Origin: Mobula hypostoma
Lineage: Eukaryota
Length of the DNA stretch: 64,000 nucleotides
Direction: 5' to 3'
NCBI RefSeq assembly: GCF_963921235.1
Contig: NC_086097.1
Coordinates: 187,118,001-187,182,000, forward strand
Each line of letters starts with the position of its first letter. Within the stretch, counting starts at the first letter, position 1. Below the pieces are notes generated by a model. It was not told the DNA's origin, ran no database searches, and worked only from the letters and a program-made list of their open reading frames with translations. The translations under genes and the position numbers were made by a program. Positions 61,940 through 64,000 of this stretch are shown here, one piece after another.

Positions 61940-64000
61940 TGAAGCAACTAGGGGCAAGTCCTGACACTGAGGCTCCCCTAAATACCCCCACTCACTGGGG
62001 CGATCCACTCCAGGACTTTCAGGATTGACCAGACACAGCAACTTACCTTGGAAGCGTAGTAAGAGAACTGGGTTGCAGATGAAACTGAAGCAGTGTGGGG
62101 CCAAGTCCATCCTTGCCAGCACACTGCTAGCTAATGTCCAGGCCATCAATAACAAAGTTGACAGTTCACAGGAAAGACTGACCACCAAAGAGAAATGAGG
62201 GACTATTGTGTGCTTTATCTCACTGACTGTACCTGCTTTACGACTGCACCATAAACTCAAGGGCTACTCAGTTTATCAGATGGATCGTACAGTCTCCTCA
62301 GGCAAAGTTACAGGTAAAAGGGTCTGCTAATCAACTCCTCACGGTGCTCAGACATGATGGTTTTGACAAGCTCCTCTTACCCAGCTTAGAATATCTAACT
62401 GTGGAGTGTTACCCATAGTACCTGCCATGGGAGTTCACTTCAGCATGTCTCCTGTACCAATAGTCCCAAACACCCTGACCATTTCTATACACAACCCTCG
62501 TCCACACTTCAGTAAATCAGATCACTAGGCTGTGCTCTTTCTCCTTGCATACAAAGAAAAGCTGAAATGGGAGAATCCAGTACAGAAAGTGGTGCAATGC
62601 TGGTGTGAAGAAATAGATGAATTTCTATGCAACTTCTTTGAGTCAGTTGACAAGTTTTTGTTCAAAGACATAGCTGCCAGCCTGGAGGAGTATGTCAGTA
62701 CCATCATGAACTTTATCAGCAAATGTGTATCAAAGAAGGCAGTCTGAGTGTTCCCTAATGCAAAACCATGGATGAAGGAGGAGATCCACTCTCTACTTAA
62801 TCCTACGACTGCAGCATTCAAGTCAGCTGACCCTGATCATTACAAGAAATTAAGCTACAACATCCATAAAGCTATAAAAATGTCAAGAGGCAATACAAAA
62901 TTGAGTCAAAAACCAATTGTCAGTTATGACAGGGCTTACAGGTTATGAAACAAAATTGGGCAGCATCACCAACAACAGCATATCCCTTCCAAATGAGTTT
63001 AATTCATTCTACGGAGGGATCAGTATGTTATCACCCACCTTGACATTCTCCAGTACACTTCAATCTGCAGTCACAATTGCAGATGGAGATCAGTTTTCTG
63101 GACAGGGAACCCTGGATGGTGTCCCTTCCTTAGATCTTCTGCAGATCAGAGGTAGGAGGTATTTGCACACATTTTTAACCTCTCCCTGCTTCATTCTGTG
63201 GTTCCCACCTACTTCAAGAAGACCACTATGATCCCAGTTCCGAAGAAAATCAAATTAACATGTGTTAATGACTACAGCCCAGTTGCTCTGACATCCACCG
63301 TCATGAGGTGCTTTAGGAGGATGGTTGCATATGCATTCCCTCTGGCCTTCCAGACAAACTCAATCCACTGCAATTCAGTTACCAATGAAACAGATCCATG
63401 GTAATGCCATCTCCTTGGCCCTACACTTGCTTCTCGGAAAGGTGAAAGGTAAACACACCTACATTAAATTACTGTTCATTGTCTATAATTCTGCCTTAAA
63501 TACTATAATTCCAATTAAACTCATCACCAAACTCTAAAACTGGGACTCAACGCCTCAATTTCTTGACCAGAAGATGACTGTCGATAAGGATAGGAAGCAA
63601 CACCTCCATCATGATTACTCTTAACACTAGGTTGCATCCTCAGCCCCCTACTCATGACTGTGTGGTCAGATTCTGCTCTAATTTCACCAACAAGTTCACT
63701 GTAGTGGGCCAGGGCCATATCATAAATAATGATAAGTCAGAGTACAGGAAGAAAATGGCTTAAAAACATGGCATCATGCAAAATCCTTTCCCTCAATGTC
63801 AGAAAAACTAATGAGCCTGTCATTGAACTCAAGAAGGGGAGTTGTGTACATGCTCTTCTATATCAGTGGTGTAGAAGTTGAGAGCTTCAATTTCCGAGGA
63901 GTGAATATCACCAATAATCTGTCCTGATTGAACCACATAGATGCCATGGTCAAGAAAGCTCAACAAAGCCTTTACTTCCTCATGTCCCCTTCAACCCAGA
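61940..64000 (+). mobile_element. Old Rex1/Babar LINE (endonuclease to RT), running off the window end
   Basis: LLANVQAINNK, FPNAKPWM, IPVPKK....NDYSPVALTSTVMRCF, LNVRKTNE; heavily frameshifted. Confidence 0.85.

Noticed and set aside
1..64000. Prokaryotic systems (operons, CRISPR arrays, defence islands, retrons)
   Set aside because: No gene-dense organisation and no regularly spaced repeat-spacer array; all RT-like ORFs belong to vertebrate LINE/PLE families.

Overview
This is vertebrate, not prokaryotic, genomic DNA. The repeat mix (CR1, Rex1/Babar, RTE, Penelope-like elements, V-SINEs, Tc1/Tigger, Helitron, solo LTRs) points to a cartilaginous fish, probably a ray; that assignment is an inference from repeat content only. 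The window looks intronic or intergenic. I could not recognise any host protein-coding gene, and every ORF in the track that I could identify is a broken transposon fragment. Most of the sequence is decayed or nested mobile DNA, separated by AT-rich islands without recognisable repeats, some carrying good splice signals (mostly on the minus strand). The most notable features are: (i) minimal type-I hammerhead ribozyme motifs in the 3' repeats of two Penelope-like families, one apparently intact at 339-376; (ii) short fold-back (inverted) Penelope-tail insertions with their own target-site duplications (TSDs), plus one that appears chimeric between two subfamilies; (iii) a non-autonomous Helitron with both termini; (iv) an internally deleted Tigger carrying a ~200-bp hairpin, nested in a solo LTR. 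These belong to known element classes, and I cannot support a wholly new biological system from the sequence alone. Boundaries of degenerate repeats are approximate; TSD, terminal inverted repeat (TIR) and ribozyme coordinates were read directly.
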